From positions 1 through 64,000 of the forward strand of contig CAWJTV010000009.1 in the NCBI GenBank assembly GCA_963845755.1: a DNA stretch of 64,000 nt. The letters run 5' to 3'. The DNA is from an uncultured Planctomycetota bacterium (lineage in GTDB: Bacteria; Planctomycetota; Planctomycetia; Isosphaerales; Isosphaeraceae). Of the stretch, positions 31,097 to 40,890 are shown one piece after another. A model generated the notes under the pieces. The model saw only the letters and a list, made by a program, of their open reading frames with translations. It made no database searches and was not told the DNA's origin. Position 1 is the first letter of the stretch. Every line of letters starts with the position of its first letter. The position numbers and the translations under genes are program-made.

Positions 31097-31399
31097 ATGC
31101 CCAAGATGAAGACCCACAAGGGGATGAAGAAACGGTTCAAGATCTCGGCGAACGGCAAAGTCCGCCATAAGCGCGCGGGCTCTTCTCACCTGATGAGCCA
31201 CAAGAGCGGGAAGCAGGTGCGTCGTTTGCGGAAGAAAACGACTTTGACCGTCGCGGCCGAGGCCAAGCGGATCCGGTACGCCTTGCTCGAAAAGCAGGGT
31301 GTGAACTCGGACGACGTTCATGCCCAGAAGATGGCCGCAATCGCCCATGCCACCGCCGGCAGTCCCGATGGACAGACCGGCGGCCCGGGGACTTCGTGA
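31097..31399 (+). CDS. rpmI: 50S ribosomal protein L35 with C-terminal extension
   Basis: MPKMKTHKGMKKRFKISANGKV..KRAGSSHL; located between infC and rplT. Confidence 0.95.
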   Translation: MPKMKTHKGMKKRFKISANGKVRHKRAGSSHLMSHKSGKQVRRLRKKTTLTVAAEAKRIRYALLEKQGVNSDDVHAQKMAAIAHATAGSPDGQTGGPGTS

Positions 31400-31522
31400 A
31401 TCCGTAGTCCGGGTATGGCAATGGATACGGGCCCCCGATCGGTCGGGCCCACGGGTGTGAGAGTCAATCGACCCCAAGATGCTGGCGGTGCCTATCGCGC
31501 ACCCCTGAGAGAGAGTTGATCG

Positions 31523-31921
31523 ATGCGTTCCAAAAGTGGTGCAGCGCGGAATCAGCGGAAGAAGCGGATCTTCCATGCCTCTAAAGGGTTCGTGGGAGGG
31601 CGTCGTCGCCTGCTGAAATCGGCCAAGGAGACCCTCCTCCGCGCCGGGATGTTCGCCTTCCGCGACCGTCGGGCCCGCAAGCGGGAATTCCGCAAGTTGT
31701 TCATCGTCCGGGTGAGTGCCGCCGCCGAGATGCGAGGTCTCCGCTATAGCCGGTTGATCCACGGGCTCCGCCTGGCCCGAATCGGGCTCGATCGGAAGAG
31801 CCTCTCGGAGCTGGCCATCCACGATCCCCAGACGTTCGATGCGATCGTCGCCAGGGTCCGTAGCGAGCTGGACCGGCATGACGCGGAGGTCCGCGCTCGC
31901 CAGAAGAGCAAGACCGCCTGA
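31523..31921 (+). CDS. rplT: 50S ribosomal protein L20
   Basis: [44 protein letters not shown]. Confidence 0.95.
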   Translation: MRSKSGAARNQRKKRIFHASKGFVGGRRRLLKSAKETLLRAGMFAFRDRRARKREFRKLFIVRVSAAAEMRGLRYSRLIHGLRLARIGLDRKSLSELAIHDPQTFDAIVARVRSELDRHDAEVRARQKSKTA

Positions 31922-31995
31922 GAACCAAAGTCTTCGCCCGCGCGGCCAGACTCCACCCCGATCCACGGACCGCATCGCCCGAAGCCCTCGATTCC

Positions 31996-33036
31996 ATGAA
32001 CTCGAACGGATCGCTCTCCGACGCGCTGGCGGATCTGGACGCGATGCGGACCGCCGGGTTGGCCGCGTTCGGGAAGGCGGCCACGCCCGAGGCGGTCGAG
32101 GCGGCGCGCGTCGAATACCTCGGCCAGAAGAATGGGCGGGTCAAGGTCGCCCAGGAGCGACTGAAATCGCTTGAGCCCGCCTCGCGGAAGGAATACGGCC
32201 AGCGATTCAACGCCGCCAAGGGCGAGCTGGAAGCCGCCCTGGAGGCCGCCCGGTCGCGCATGGAACGGAAGGCGGTCGTCGCGGCTGGGCTCGACGTGAC
32301 GCTGCCGGGAATCCTGCCCCGCCTGGGACACCGTCATCCCCTGACCCAGACCGCCGACGAGCTGATCGACCTGTTCGGACGGTTCGGGTTCGCCGTGGCA
32401 CGGGGGCCGGAGGTCGAGGACACCTACCACAATTTCGATGCCCTGAACATCCCGCCCAGCCATCCGGCCCGCGATCCACTCGACAACTTCTACCTGGCCG
32501 TCGGCCGACGGGCCGAAGTCCATGCCGTCTCACGGAGCTCCATGCTCCGCAGCCAGACCAGTACGGTGCAGATCCGGGTGATGGAAGCCCAGGCACCCCC
32601 GGTGCGAGTGATTGCGATCGGGCGCGTCTATCGGCCCGATACCGTGGACGCGACCCACTCGTTCATGTTCCACCAGGTCGAAGGGTTGATGGTCGACCGG
32701 GGTGTGACCATGGCCGACCTCAAGTCGGTCCTCCGCCTCTTCGCCCGGAGTTACCTGGGCCGGGACGTCAAGATCCGCTTCCGCCCCTCGTTCTTTCCGT
32801 TCACCGAGCCGAGCGTCGAGGTCGATATGCTCTGGCATGGCGGCGCCCGTTGGGTTGAAATGGGGGGAGCGGGCATGGTCAACCCCAATGTCCTCCGCGC
32901 CGTCGGTTATGATCCGGAGGAGGTGACGGGCTTCGCGTTCGGACTGGGCATCGAGCGGCTCTGCATGCGGCGCCACGGGATCGATGATATCCGCCTGCTG
33001 TACCAGAATGATGTGCGTTTCTTGCGGCAGTTCTGA
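31996..33036 (+). CDS. pheS: Phenylalanine-tRNA ligase alpha subunit
   Basis: NFDALNIPPSHPARD, LRSQTS.VQIR, THSFMFHQVEGL, FRPSFFPFTEPS, GFAFGLGIERL. Confidence 0.97.
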   Translation: MNSNGSLSDALADLDAMRTAGLAAFGKAATPEAVEAARVEYLGQKNGRVKVAQERLKSLEPASRKEYGQRFNAAKGELEAALEAARSRMERKAVVAAGLDVTLPGILPRLGHRHPLTQTADELIDLFGRFGFAVARGPEVEDTYHNFDALNIPPSHPARDPLDNFYLAVGRRAEVHAVSRSSMLRSQTSTVQIRVMEAQAPPVRVIAIGRVYRPDTVDATHSFMFHQVEGLMVDRGVTMADLKSVLRLFARSYLGRDVKIRFRPSFFPFTEPSVEVDMLWHGGARWVEMGGAGMVNPNVLRAVGYDPEEVTGFAFGLGIERLCMRRHGIDDIRLLYQNDVRFLRQF

Positions 33037-33208
33037 TGCGATTCCCCGGGCCTTCACCGGATCTGAGTCGCACCAGCCCGCTTCGCCGCATCGAGGATGG
33101 ACAGTCCCCGGACCTCGAGAAAAGGAAGTCGTCGCCGTGTCGAGACGCGACCGCGGTTCGCGTCGTTCAACCGCCCGAAATCATCGTCTTGTCGTCGAGG
33201 TCCCAGCC

Positions 33209-33445
33209 ATGGACACCGAATTGAGCCGAGTGATTGTGACGATCAGCGGGAGCTCTTCGACCGCTAGCGTTCATCACCGAGATTTCCCCGAAATCCGGGC
33301 GGAAGGCGGTTCGCCCCAGGAGGCGGCCTCCTATCTGATCAACCAGTTGACTCGAGCCCTGGATTCGGCACTGACCGACTGGCGGCGCGATCGAGTGAAC
33401 GAGGCGATCGCGGACGTGAAGGCGTTCGTCGATCAGCAATCCTAA
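33209..33445 (+). CDS. Small hypothetical protein (HicB-like alpha/beta pattern)
   Basis: 78 aa; VHHRDFPEIRAEGGSPQEAA; GAGG RBS. Confidence 0.6.
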   Translation: MDTELSRVIVTISGSSSTASVHHRDFPEIRAEGGSPQEAASYLINQLTRALDSALTDWRRDRVNEAIADVKAFVDQQS

Positions 33446-33471
33446 CTCATCAGGAGAGTCATCGCGCTGCG

Positions 33472-35037
33472 ATGTCGCTGCCCATGACCACCGAAACCGC
33501 CGAATCTCGGCCCGCATCCGGCCCGAAGGGGTTGGTGCGCGAGCTGGGCACGATCGACGCCACCATGATCGTCATGGGGGCGATGATCGGCTCGGGGATC
33601 TTCATCACCTCGGCCGAATCGGCCCGGCTGGTCGGAACGCCCGGCTTGCTGCTGGGGGTGTGGGCCGTCTCCGGGTTGATGACGATTCTGGGATCGCTCT
33701 GCGCCGCCGAGATCGCGGCGATGATGCCTCGCGCCGGGGGTCAGTACGTCTTCCTCCGCGAGGCATACAGTCCCCTGTTCGGTTTCCTGTTCGGCTGGGC
33801 CATGTTCCTGGTCGTGCAGACCGGGACGATCGCGGCGGTCTCGGTCGCGTTCGCCAAGTTCCTCGGCGTCTTCTTTCCCGCGATCACGGCCGATCTCTAT
33901 GTCGTGGAACCGATCCACCTGGGCATTCTGGCCGTCAGCCTCTCGAGACAACAGCTCGTTGCCGTCGTCCTGATCGCCTTCCTGACGGCCGTGAACATGC
34001 TGGGCCTGAAACTCGGCAAGTGGATCCAGAACACGTTCACCTTCACCAAGACGGCCGCATTGCTGGGCCTGATCGTGGTCGGGCTCTGGGTGGGTAGCAA
34101 CCGCGAGAGCGCGGCCTGGACATCGTCGTGGTGGAACCCGGCGGCCAACGGTTGGGATTCGAAGACGGCACTCCCGGGCATGCCCTTGGAGGGTCCGACC
34201 GCTCTGCTCCTCTTGTTCGGGCTGGCCATGATCGGGCCGCTGTTCTCCCAGTCGGCATGGAACAACGTGACGTTCACCGGCTCGGAAACCCGCGACCCGG
34301 GCCGCACGTTTCCCCGCGCGATGATCCTCGGCTGTTCCACCGTGGTCCTGCTTTACTTCCTGGCGAACATCGCCTACATCGTGACTCTTCCCCTGGGCGG
34401 AATCCAGGGGGCGAAGAACGACCGGGTCGGCACGGCCACGCTCGAGGCCATCATGGGCCCGCGCGGCGAAGCGATCATGGCCGGCGCGATCATGATCTCG
34501 ACGTTCGGCTGCGTCAACGGCCTGATCCTGGCCGGGGCGCGCGTCTATTATGCCATGGCCCGCGACGCCCTCTTCTTCCGTAGTGTCGCCACGACGAATC
34601 GCTTCCATGTGCCGGCGGTTGCGCTGCTCGCGCAGGGGCTCTGGGCGGCGCTGCTGGCCCTCCCCGTGACGGTCTCGCACAAGCCCGTGCCGGGGATGAT
34701 CAAGTACGGCGACCACTACTACGGGAACCTCTACAATGAGCTCCTGGATTATGTGGTCCCCGTCGATGTTTGCTTCTACGCACTGTTTGTCGGCGGCGTG
34801 ATCGCCCTGCGGCGGAAACTGCCCGATTTGCCCCGACCGTACCGGGCGGTCGGTTACCCGATCCCCGTCCTGATCTACCTGGGCCTGGCGCTCCTGCTGG
34901 TGCTCGATTTCATCTACCTGAAGCCCTTGCGGGCCGGGATGGGCTATCTCATCGTCCTGGCGGGCATCCCGGTTTACCTGGTCTGGTCGCGGCGGTCGGC
35001 CGCGAGATCGGCCGCTCTCGAGACGATAGCGAGTTGA
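33472..35037 (+). CDS. APC-family amino acid permease
   Basis: MIGSGIF, AEIAAMMPRAGGQYVFLREAY, GARVYYAMARD, RPYRAVGYP; ~12 TM segments. Confidence 0.93.
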   Translation: MSLPMTTETAESRPASGPKGLVRELGTIDATMIVMGAMIGSGIFITSAESARLVGTPGLLLGVWAVSGLMTILGSLCAAEIAAMMPRAGGQYVFLREAYSPLFGFLFGWAMFLVVQTGTIAAVSVAFAKFLGVFFPAITADLYVVEPIHLGILAVSLSRQQLVAVVLIAFLTAVNMLGLKLGKWIQNTFTFTKTAALLGLIVVGLWVGSNRESAAWTSSWWNPAANGWDSKTALPGMPLEGPTALLLLFGLAMIGPLFSQSAWNNVTFTGSETRDPGRTFPRAMILGCSTVVLLYFLANIAYIVTLPLGGIQGAKNDRVGTATLEAIMGPRGEAIMAGAIMISTFGCVNGLILAGARVYYAMARDALFFRSVATTNRFHVPAVALLAQGLWAALLALPVTVSHKPVPGMIKYGDHYYGNLYNELLDYVVPVDVCFYALFVGGVIALRRKLPDLPRPYRAVGYPIPVLIYLGLALLLVLDFIYLKPLRAGMGYLIVLAGIPVYLVWSRRSAARSAALETIAS

Positions 35038-35046
35038 GCATCCCCG

Positions 35047-37064
35047 ATGATCGTAAGTTGGAACTGGCTGACCGACTACCTCCGGCTCGACATGGCGGTC
35101 GAGGTCTTGACCGAGCGATTGGCCCTCACGGGCCTGAACCTCGAATCGATCGAGGACGTCGGCGGCGACATCGCCATCGACCTGGAGGTCACGAGCAACC
35201 GCCCGGATTGCCTGGGTCACCTGGGCGTCGCCCGGGAGATCTCCGTCCTGTTCGACAAGAATCTCTGCGTCTCCGACCCGCGGCCGGCGACGATGGAGAC
35301 GCCGGTCGAGACCCAGACCGGGGTCACCATCGAAGACGGCGACCTGTGCCCGAGGTTCACCGCGCGGGTGGTCTCGGGCGTGACCGTGGGCGAGAGTCCC
35401 TGGTGGCTCCGCAAGCGGCTGGAGACGATCGGCGTCAAGGCGATCAGCAACATCGTCAACGTGACCAACTACGTCATGTTCGAGTGTGGTCAGCCCTTGC
35501 ACGCCTACGACCTCGACCGGCTTGCCGACCGCCGGCTGATCGTCCGACCGCGCGATCCGGCGAGAAGCTCACGGCGATCAATAACAAGATCTATGATCTC
35601 CAGACCGAGATGCTCGTGATCGCGGATGCCGAGCGTCCCGTGGGGCTCGCGGGCGTCATGGGCGGGCTCGAGACCGAGATTGCCCACGACACGACCAACG
35701 TCCTGATCGAGGCCGCTCAGTTCGATGCCATGTCGGTGCGGCGGACCTCGCGGGCGCTGGGCCTGTTCAGTCCGTCGAGCTTCCGGTTCGAGCGGCCATT
35801 GGATCCCGAGGGCACCGAGTGGGCCAGTCGTCGTTGCGCCGAGCTGATCCGGGAAGTCGGCGGCGGGACGCTCCATCCCGGAGTGATCGATGTCGGCCGG
35901 CGCCCGGCGGAACGAACGACGATCACGTTGCGGCTCGGCCAGATCGAGCGAATCCTGGGGATCCGCATCGACCGGGCGGCGGCCGCGCGGATCCTCAAAG
36001 CGCTGGGATTGGAGTCCCTCGGTGAGGACGAGCGGTCGCTGACCGTCCGTCCGCCGAGCTGGCGGAGCGACCTGGAGCGCGAGATCGACCTGATCGAGGA
36101 GGTCGCGCGGATCCACGGTTACGAACACATCCCCGAGGACCGGGCGGTCCCGCTGACGAGCGCCCGCGCGGCCAGCACGAGCGGGTCGAGTCGGTCGTCC
36201 GCGATTTCCTGACCGGCGCCGGCTTCGACGAAGCCGTGACATTCAGCCTGGTCGAAGAGCGGCTTGGTGCCCCCCTCCAGCCCGGTCCCGCTTCGCCGCC
36301 GTTGCGCGTGGACCATTCCAGCCGCAAGCGCGAGAGTGCCCTGCGCCAGAGCCTGGTGCCCAGCCTGCTGTCGGTCCGTCTCCACAACGAGTCGCACGGT
36401 CAGTTCGACGCCGAGCTCTTCGAGATCGCCGACGTCTACCTCCCCAGGAACGACCGGAAACTTCCCGACGAACCGACGCGGCTGGCGATCCTCGGCAATC
36501 GCGATTTCCGGGCCCTCAAGGGGGTCGTCGAGGGCCTGTTGCGACGACTGCACGCCGGCAGCGCATTGATCGCACGTCCGGCCGAGATCGCGCTGTTTGC
36601 CCCCGGGCGGGCCGCCGAGTTACTCCTGGGAGACACCCACCTGGGTTACCTGGGCGAGATCGACCCCAGCCAGCTCCAGGCGTTCGAGCTTCGCGAAGCG
36701 TGCGCGGCGGCCGAGCTGGAGTTCGGTGTCCTATTACAAGAGGCGCGACTGGTGGCGCAGCATCATCCTCTGCCACCATTCCCCGCCGTCGTGCGCGATC
36801 TCTCGCTGGAACTGGCGCAAGATTTGCCCTGGGGGGAGTTGTCGGAAACCGTCGTGCGAGCCGCCGGCCCGAGCTTCGAAATCGGTCCAGTACCTGGATA
36901 CGTTTCGAGGGGGAAACCTGCCGGAGGGCCAGCAGAGCGTCCATTTCAGCATGGTGTTTCGGCACCCGGAGCGGACCCTGACCAGCGAGGAAGTCGAAGA
37001 TGCCGTCCGGTCGGTCGTGGCGGGATGTGAGGCTCGGTTCCGGGCGAAGCTGCGTTCTCGCTGA
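35047..37064 (+). CDS. pheT: Phenylalanine-tRNA ligase beta subunit, short form (frameshifts ~35550, ~36165, ~36880)
   Basis: DLEVTSNRPDCLGHLGVARE, NYVMFECGQPLHAYD, GLAGVMGG, PPSWRSDLEREIDLIEEVARIHGY, LRQSLVPSLL, PAVVRDLS, ERTLTSEEV, across four reading-frame segments. Confidence 0.93.
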
Positions 37065-37298
37065 GGCGCTTCACGAATCAGATGCGTACCCCCCGGCGCC
37101 GGCGCGGCGCAGTGCCCAACCCGAGCGTGGAGGCGCTCCAGGGCCGTTCACCAGATAACAGGTGGAATAGCAGGTGTAGCAACCGTACACTACATTCATC
37201 AACGTCAATTCAATAAATAAAATATTCCAATATTTTCATTATATTAGTTCTGTAATGCAATCCGTCCGTGAAGCACTCTAGCCCTCGAGGACCAACCT

Positions 37299-38867
37299 GT
37301 GAACCCGCTCAAAGAATGGCGATCGTGGGTCCTGGTGCTGCTCCTGGTCGGGCCGGTGCTCGTGTACATGGGCCTGGGGATGCTCTGGCTCTGGGAGCAC
37401 GGCTGGGTCATCTTGAGCGTCGCCACGGGACTGTGGGTGATCACGGGGATTGTATTCTCGGTGCTGGCGGCCCGGTGGACGCGGTCGACCCACCCGATGA
37501 TGCCCCCGCTGGACTGGGAAGCGCCCAGACCTTCGGGCCGCTCGATCGCGATGCCTGGAAGCTCGTGCAGGATGCGGCCGATCAAGGGGAGAGCCAGACG
37601 TTCGAGGCCCTGCTGGAGGCCGATGCCTACATCAATTCGGGCCGGCAACTCTTCCAGCGCCTGGCCGTACATTATCATCCCCTGGCGGCCAATCCGATCG
37701 ACGACGTCCCGCTCGTCGAGCTCTTGGCCGCACTGGAGCTCGCCGCGGAGGACCTCACGCGGCTCTGCCGTCAGATCCCTGGCGGCGACCTGGTCACGCT
37801 TGCCCATTACCGGAAGGCCGTCCAGGTTGCCGGCTACATTTCCCGGGCCAACGACCTCTACTCGTATCTCCTGCCGTTCCTCAGTCCCGTCGGCGGCCTG
37901 GCCCGGTGGGGCTCCCGGGAGTGGATCGTGAAGCCGGCCTGGAAGTCGATGCAGCAGAACATGTTGCGCTGGTTCTATCGGGCCTACCTCAACCGGCTGG
38001 GAGCCCACCTGATCGAGTTGTTGAGCGGACGGCTGGCCATCGGCGCCGAGAGGTACCGGCGATTGACCCGCAAGGCGGCACGTGGCGTCCGAGGCGGAGA
38101 CGGAAGGCACGCAGCCGTTGACCATCAGCGTGGCCGGGAGCCATGAGTCGGGGAAGTCGCCGCTGGTGGCCCGGATCCGGGAGGTCTGTGCCGGCGATCT
38201 GACGCTACTCAAGGCGCGCCTGGCCGGTCTCGCGGTCGAGCCGGAACTGCTCGACCAGCTCCGCGATGCGAAATGGGTCGAGGCGCCCGACTACACGACC
38301 TGGACCGATTCCGAGGGCCGCCGGGACCGCGCCAAACGCCAGGCCGCCGTCGAGGCGGCCGTCGACGGAGACTTGCTCGTCCTGGTGATCGACGGCCGAC
38401 AGAAGAGCGATCAGGCCGACGTGGCGTTCGCCCAGGCGTGGGACCGCTGGTTCATCGAGCACCCACGCGTCGAGGCCCCGCCGAGCCTGGTCGTGATCAC
38501 CGGCGTGGAGGGCGCCGAGTTCGGCAACGGCTGGCAACCCCCCTATGACTGGACCGCCGGTACGGGCGCCCGCGAGATCGCCGTCCGCGCCCGCATCGAC
38601 GCCCTGCGTGCGATCCTGCCGCCGTCGTTCGCCGAGTTCGTCGCCGTCGGGCTCTCCGATCAACACCTTCACGGCGTGTTCGAGTACGTCCTGCCGGCGC
38701 TGGTGACCCAGTTGCATCGCGCCGAGCGGACGGCCCTGCTCCGCCGGCTCCACGAGTTGGGCGAACGGTCGAAAGTCGGACGTCTTGTCCGCCAGCTCGG
38801 CAAGCAAGGCCGGGCTGTCTGGAGCGGCCTCAGGGCCCGGCGCAAGACGCCGTCCGCATCGCCCTGA
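37299..38867 (+). CDS. Membrane-anchored P-loop GTPase-like protein (frameshifts ~37530, ~38085)
   Basis: Two N-terminal TM helices; Walker-A-like VAGSHESGKS; DLLVLVIDGR. Confidence 0.6.
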
Positions 38868-39171
38868 ACCCGCCGGCGCGACCTGGCGGGCGAACGGGTC
38901 GCGAGAACTCATCCTGGTTTGGATTACACGTCCCCGATGTCCTCGGTCGAACCCCCCTACCCTCACTGGGGTCGGTTTCTTTCTTTGGATGGAGACCTGG
39001 CCTGGGAGCTGATGAACGCCGTTCTGGGCCGAGTCATCACGGCTCGTTGATTGTGACGCGCTTTCTTTCAAACCGGCAAGCGATTTGCTGATATCTCGAA
39101 TCAAAGCAATCCGACCGGCGACTTCCGCCGGACGATTGATCTCAATTGGGCTCTTGCCAGGAGGACGCATC

Positions 39172-39714
39172 GTGGATATCGACAAGCGCGAGAAGAAAGT
39201 CGACCTGCCGCCCAAGGGCAGCCGCAATCCCGACCCCATCACCGACGCGCCGGGCTCGCATCCCATCGAAACCGGCATCGGGGCCGCTGTGGCCGGGGCC
39301 GCCAGCGGAGTGGCTGTCGGCGCGGTCACGGGCCCCGTCGGTGCCGCTGTCGGTGCGGCCGTGGGCGCCGTCGCCGGTGGCTATGCCGGCAAGGGGGTCG
39401 GCGAGCTGATCGACCCGACGACCGAGGACAACTGGCTCCGCGACAATTTTAGTTCGCGTCCCTACGTGCATCCGGGGGATACGTTCGAGACGTATGAGCC
39501 CGCCTATCGCTATGGAGCCGAGGGCGAGCTGAATTTCCCGGAGATGGACTTCGACGCGATCGACGATAAGCTCGAGAACAAGTGGTACGACAAGGGAGCC
39601 GTGATTCCGTGGGAGCACGCCCGCGGGGCCGTCAAGGACTCCTACGAGCGTGCTCGTCAGATCCGCAGGGAACGGGCGGAAGCGGCCCTCGCTGAGCCGG
39701 TCCTGGAAGACTGA
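39172..39714 (+). CDS. Glycine-zipper hypothetical protein, copy 1
   Basis: AGGAGG RBS + GTG; NPDPITDAPGSHP.ETGIGA...GPVGAAVGAAVGAVAGGYAGK; YEPAYRYG. Confidence 0.85.
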   Translation: MDIDKREKKVDLPPKGSRNPDPITDAPGSHPIETGIGAAVAGAASGVAVGAVTGPVGAAVGAAVGAVAGGYAGKGVGELIDPTTEDNWLRDNFSSRPYVHPGDTFETYEPAYRYGAEGELNFPEMDFDAIDDKLENKWYDKGAVIPWEHARGAVKDSYERARQIRRERAEAALAEPVLED

Positions 39715-39737
39715 AGAACGACGACGAAGACGCAAAG

Positions 39738-39782
39738 AGCCGCCCTCCCGGGTCATCCCGGGTGGCGCGGCTTTTTTCGTTT
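39738..39782 (+). terminator. Intrinsic terminator (duplicated at ~54155-54200)
   Basis: GAGCCGCCCTCCCGGG-TCAT-CCCGGGTGGCGCGGC followed by TTTTTTCGTTT. Confidence 0.7.
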
Positions 39783-40166
39783 GACGGGGCGAGACGCCGT
39801 CTTATGCCTTGACGATGGAACCATTAGCCCTACGCCCGCCCCTGGAGTCTCCTCAGTGCATGGCGAGCCGCTACATCCTTGCACGGGGTGGGGACACAGG
39901 GACACAGGATGGGGAAACACAATGCGCCCTCGTTTGCCGCCCCATGCCAAGAAACAAGAAACGAAGTTTGACCCCAGGTCCTCCTATAACCGTGCTCACC
40001 CGGCCCATCGCCACGGTACCTGCTGTCCCGGCAAAAGCACCGAGCCTCAACTCCGCCGCCACGCCTCGGCGATGACCGTCCACGATTCCTCTCCGGACTC
40101 TAAATCGAGGAAGAAAGCCTTCGAGATTGCCGATTCGATGCCCCGGAGCCATCCCCTGATTGCCGA

Positions 40167-40355
40167 TCAATCCTCAGCCGGCGTCGCGGGCGGGCTGGTG
40201 GGCGCCTGACCGGGAGTCGGCTCGGGGTGGGCCGGGAACGGTGATTGCGGCGGCTTCGGCTTCGGAATCTCCGGGAAGTCCGTCGGAGGTGTCGAAGGCA
40301 TCTCCGGCTTGTCGGGCACCGGGATCGCGTCCGGTGCGGGTTTGTCGGGCATCAT
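40167..40355 (-). CDS. Small proline-rich protein
   Basis: GAGGAGG RBS; 62 aa MMPDKPAPDAIPVPDKPEMP... Confidence 0.55.
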   Translation of the reverse strand: MMPDKPAPDAIPVPDKPEMPSTPPTDFPEIPKPKPPQSPFPAHPEPTPGQAPTSPPATPAED

Positions 40356-40435
40356 TCGTCCCTCCTCAAACACCGCGGGCCGGGTGTGGCCCCGGCCCGC
40401 TGCGTCGAACTGATATCGGTAATCGGTTGGTCGTA

Positions 40436-40633
40436 TCACTCGGTGGCGTCGTGGATCTTCCTCTTCGCCGCGTCGCCCGCCTGCTCGATCTTGTCGCCGG
40501 CCTGCTGGGCCTTGTCCTTCATCCAGTCCGCCGCCTTTCCGGCTTCCTGGCCGACCTTCCGCCCGGCCTCGTCGGCCTTCTCGGCGACCTTGTGACCGGC
40601 GTCCTTGATCTTCTGCTCGATGGTCTCAGCCAT
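40436..40633 (-). CDS. Small LEA/CsbD-like hydrophilic stress protein
   Basis: AAGAGG-like RBS region; A/K/D/E-rich 11-mer periodicity (KIKDAGHKVAE, KADEAGRKVGQ, KAQQAGDKIEQ). Confidence 0.75.
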   Translation of the reverse strand: MAETIEQKIKDAGHKVAEKADEAGRKVGQEAGKAADWMKDKAQQAGDKIEQAGDAAKRKIHDATE

Positions 40634-40890
40634 GGGAAATCTCCTTGATATGGGTCCTCTCCGAAGCGGAGGACGATGAGTGGAATAAACCGCAAACCCC
40701 GTGCCATCCGATCGTCGAGACGAAACCACCTTGTTGGAGGGTGCTGACAGGGCATGGCGCGGTTGCCACTTGCCGCGATGACCCGGGCACGCTCACGGTT
40801 CGAACTCCGCCTTCAGAACGGAACGTGGCATCAAATTTACAGAAAAATGATCATATGTAGATATTTAAGTATTGCAACTCGTCTTGGAGC

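Larger units (their letters stand above)
38116..39919 (+). repeat. Long direct repeat, copy 1 (copy 2 at 53041-54336)
   Basis: Near-identical sequence covering part of the GTPase-like gene, the glycine-zipper gene, its terminator and downstream DNA. Confidence 0.95.

Noticed and set aside
33442..35502. 686-aa minus-strand ORF (and similar long ORFs at 54242-56281, 11308-12810, 43031-44344)
   Set aside because: Antisense shadows of well-supported genes in GC-rich DNA, with no motifs.
37222..37249. dif-like site ATATTCCAATA-TTTTCA-TTATATTAGTT
   Set aside because: Only the XerD-like arm resembles dif (8/11 to E. coli), the XerC arm is poor, and such matches are easy to find in AT-rich DNA.
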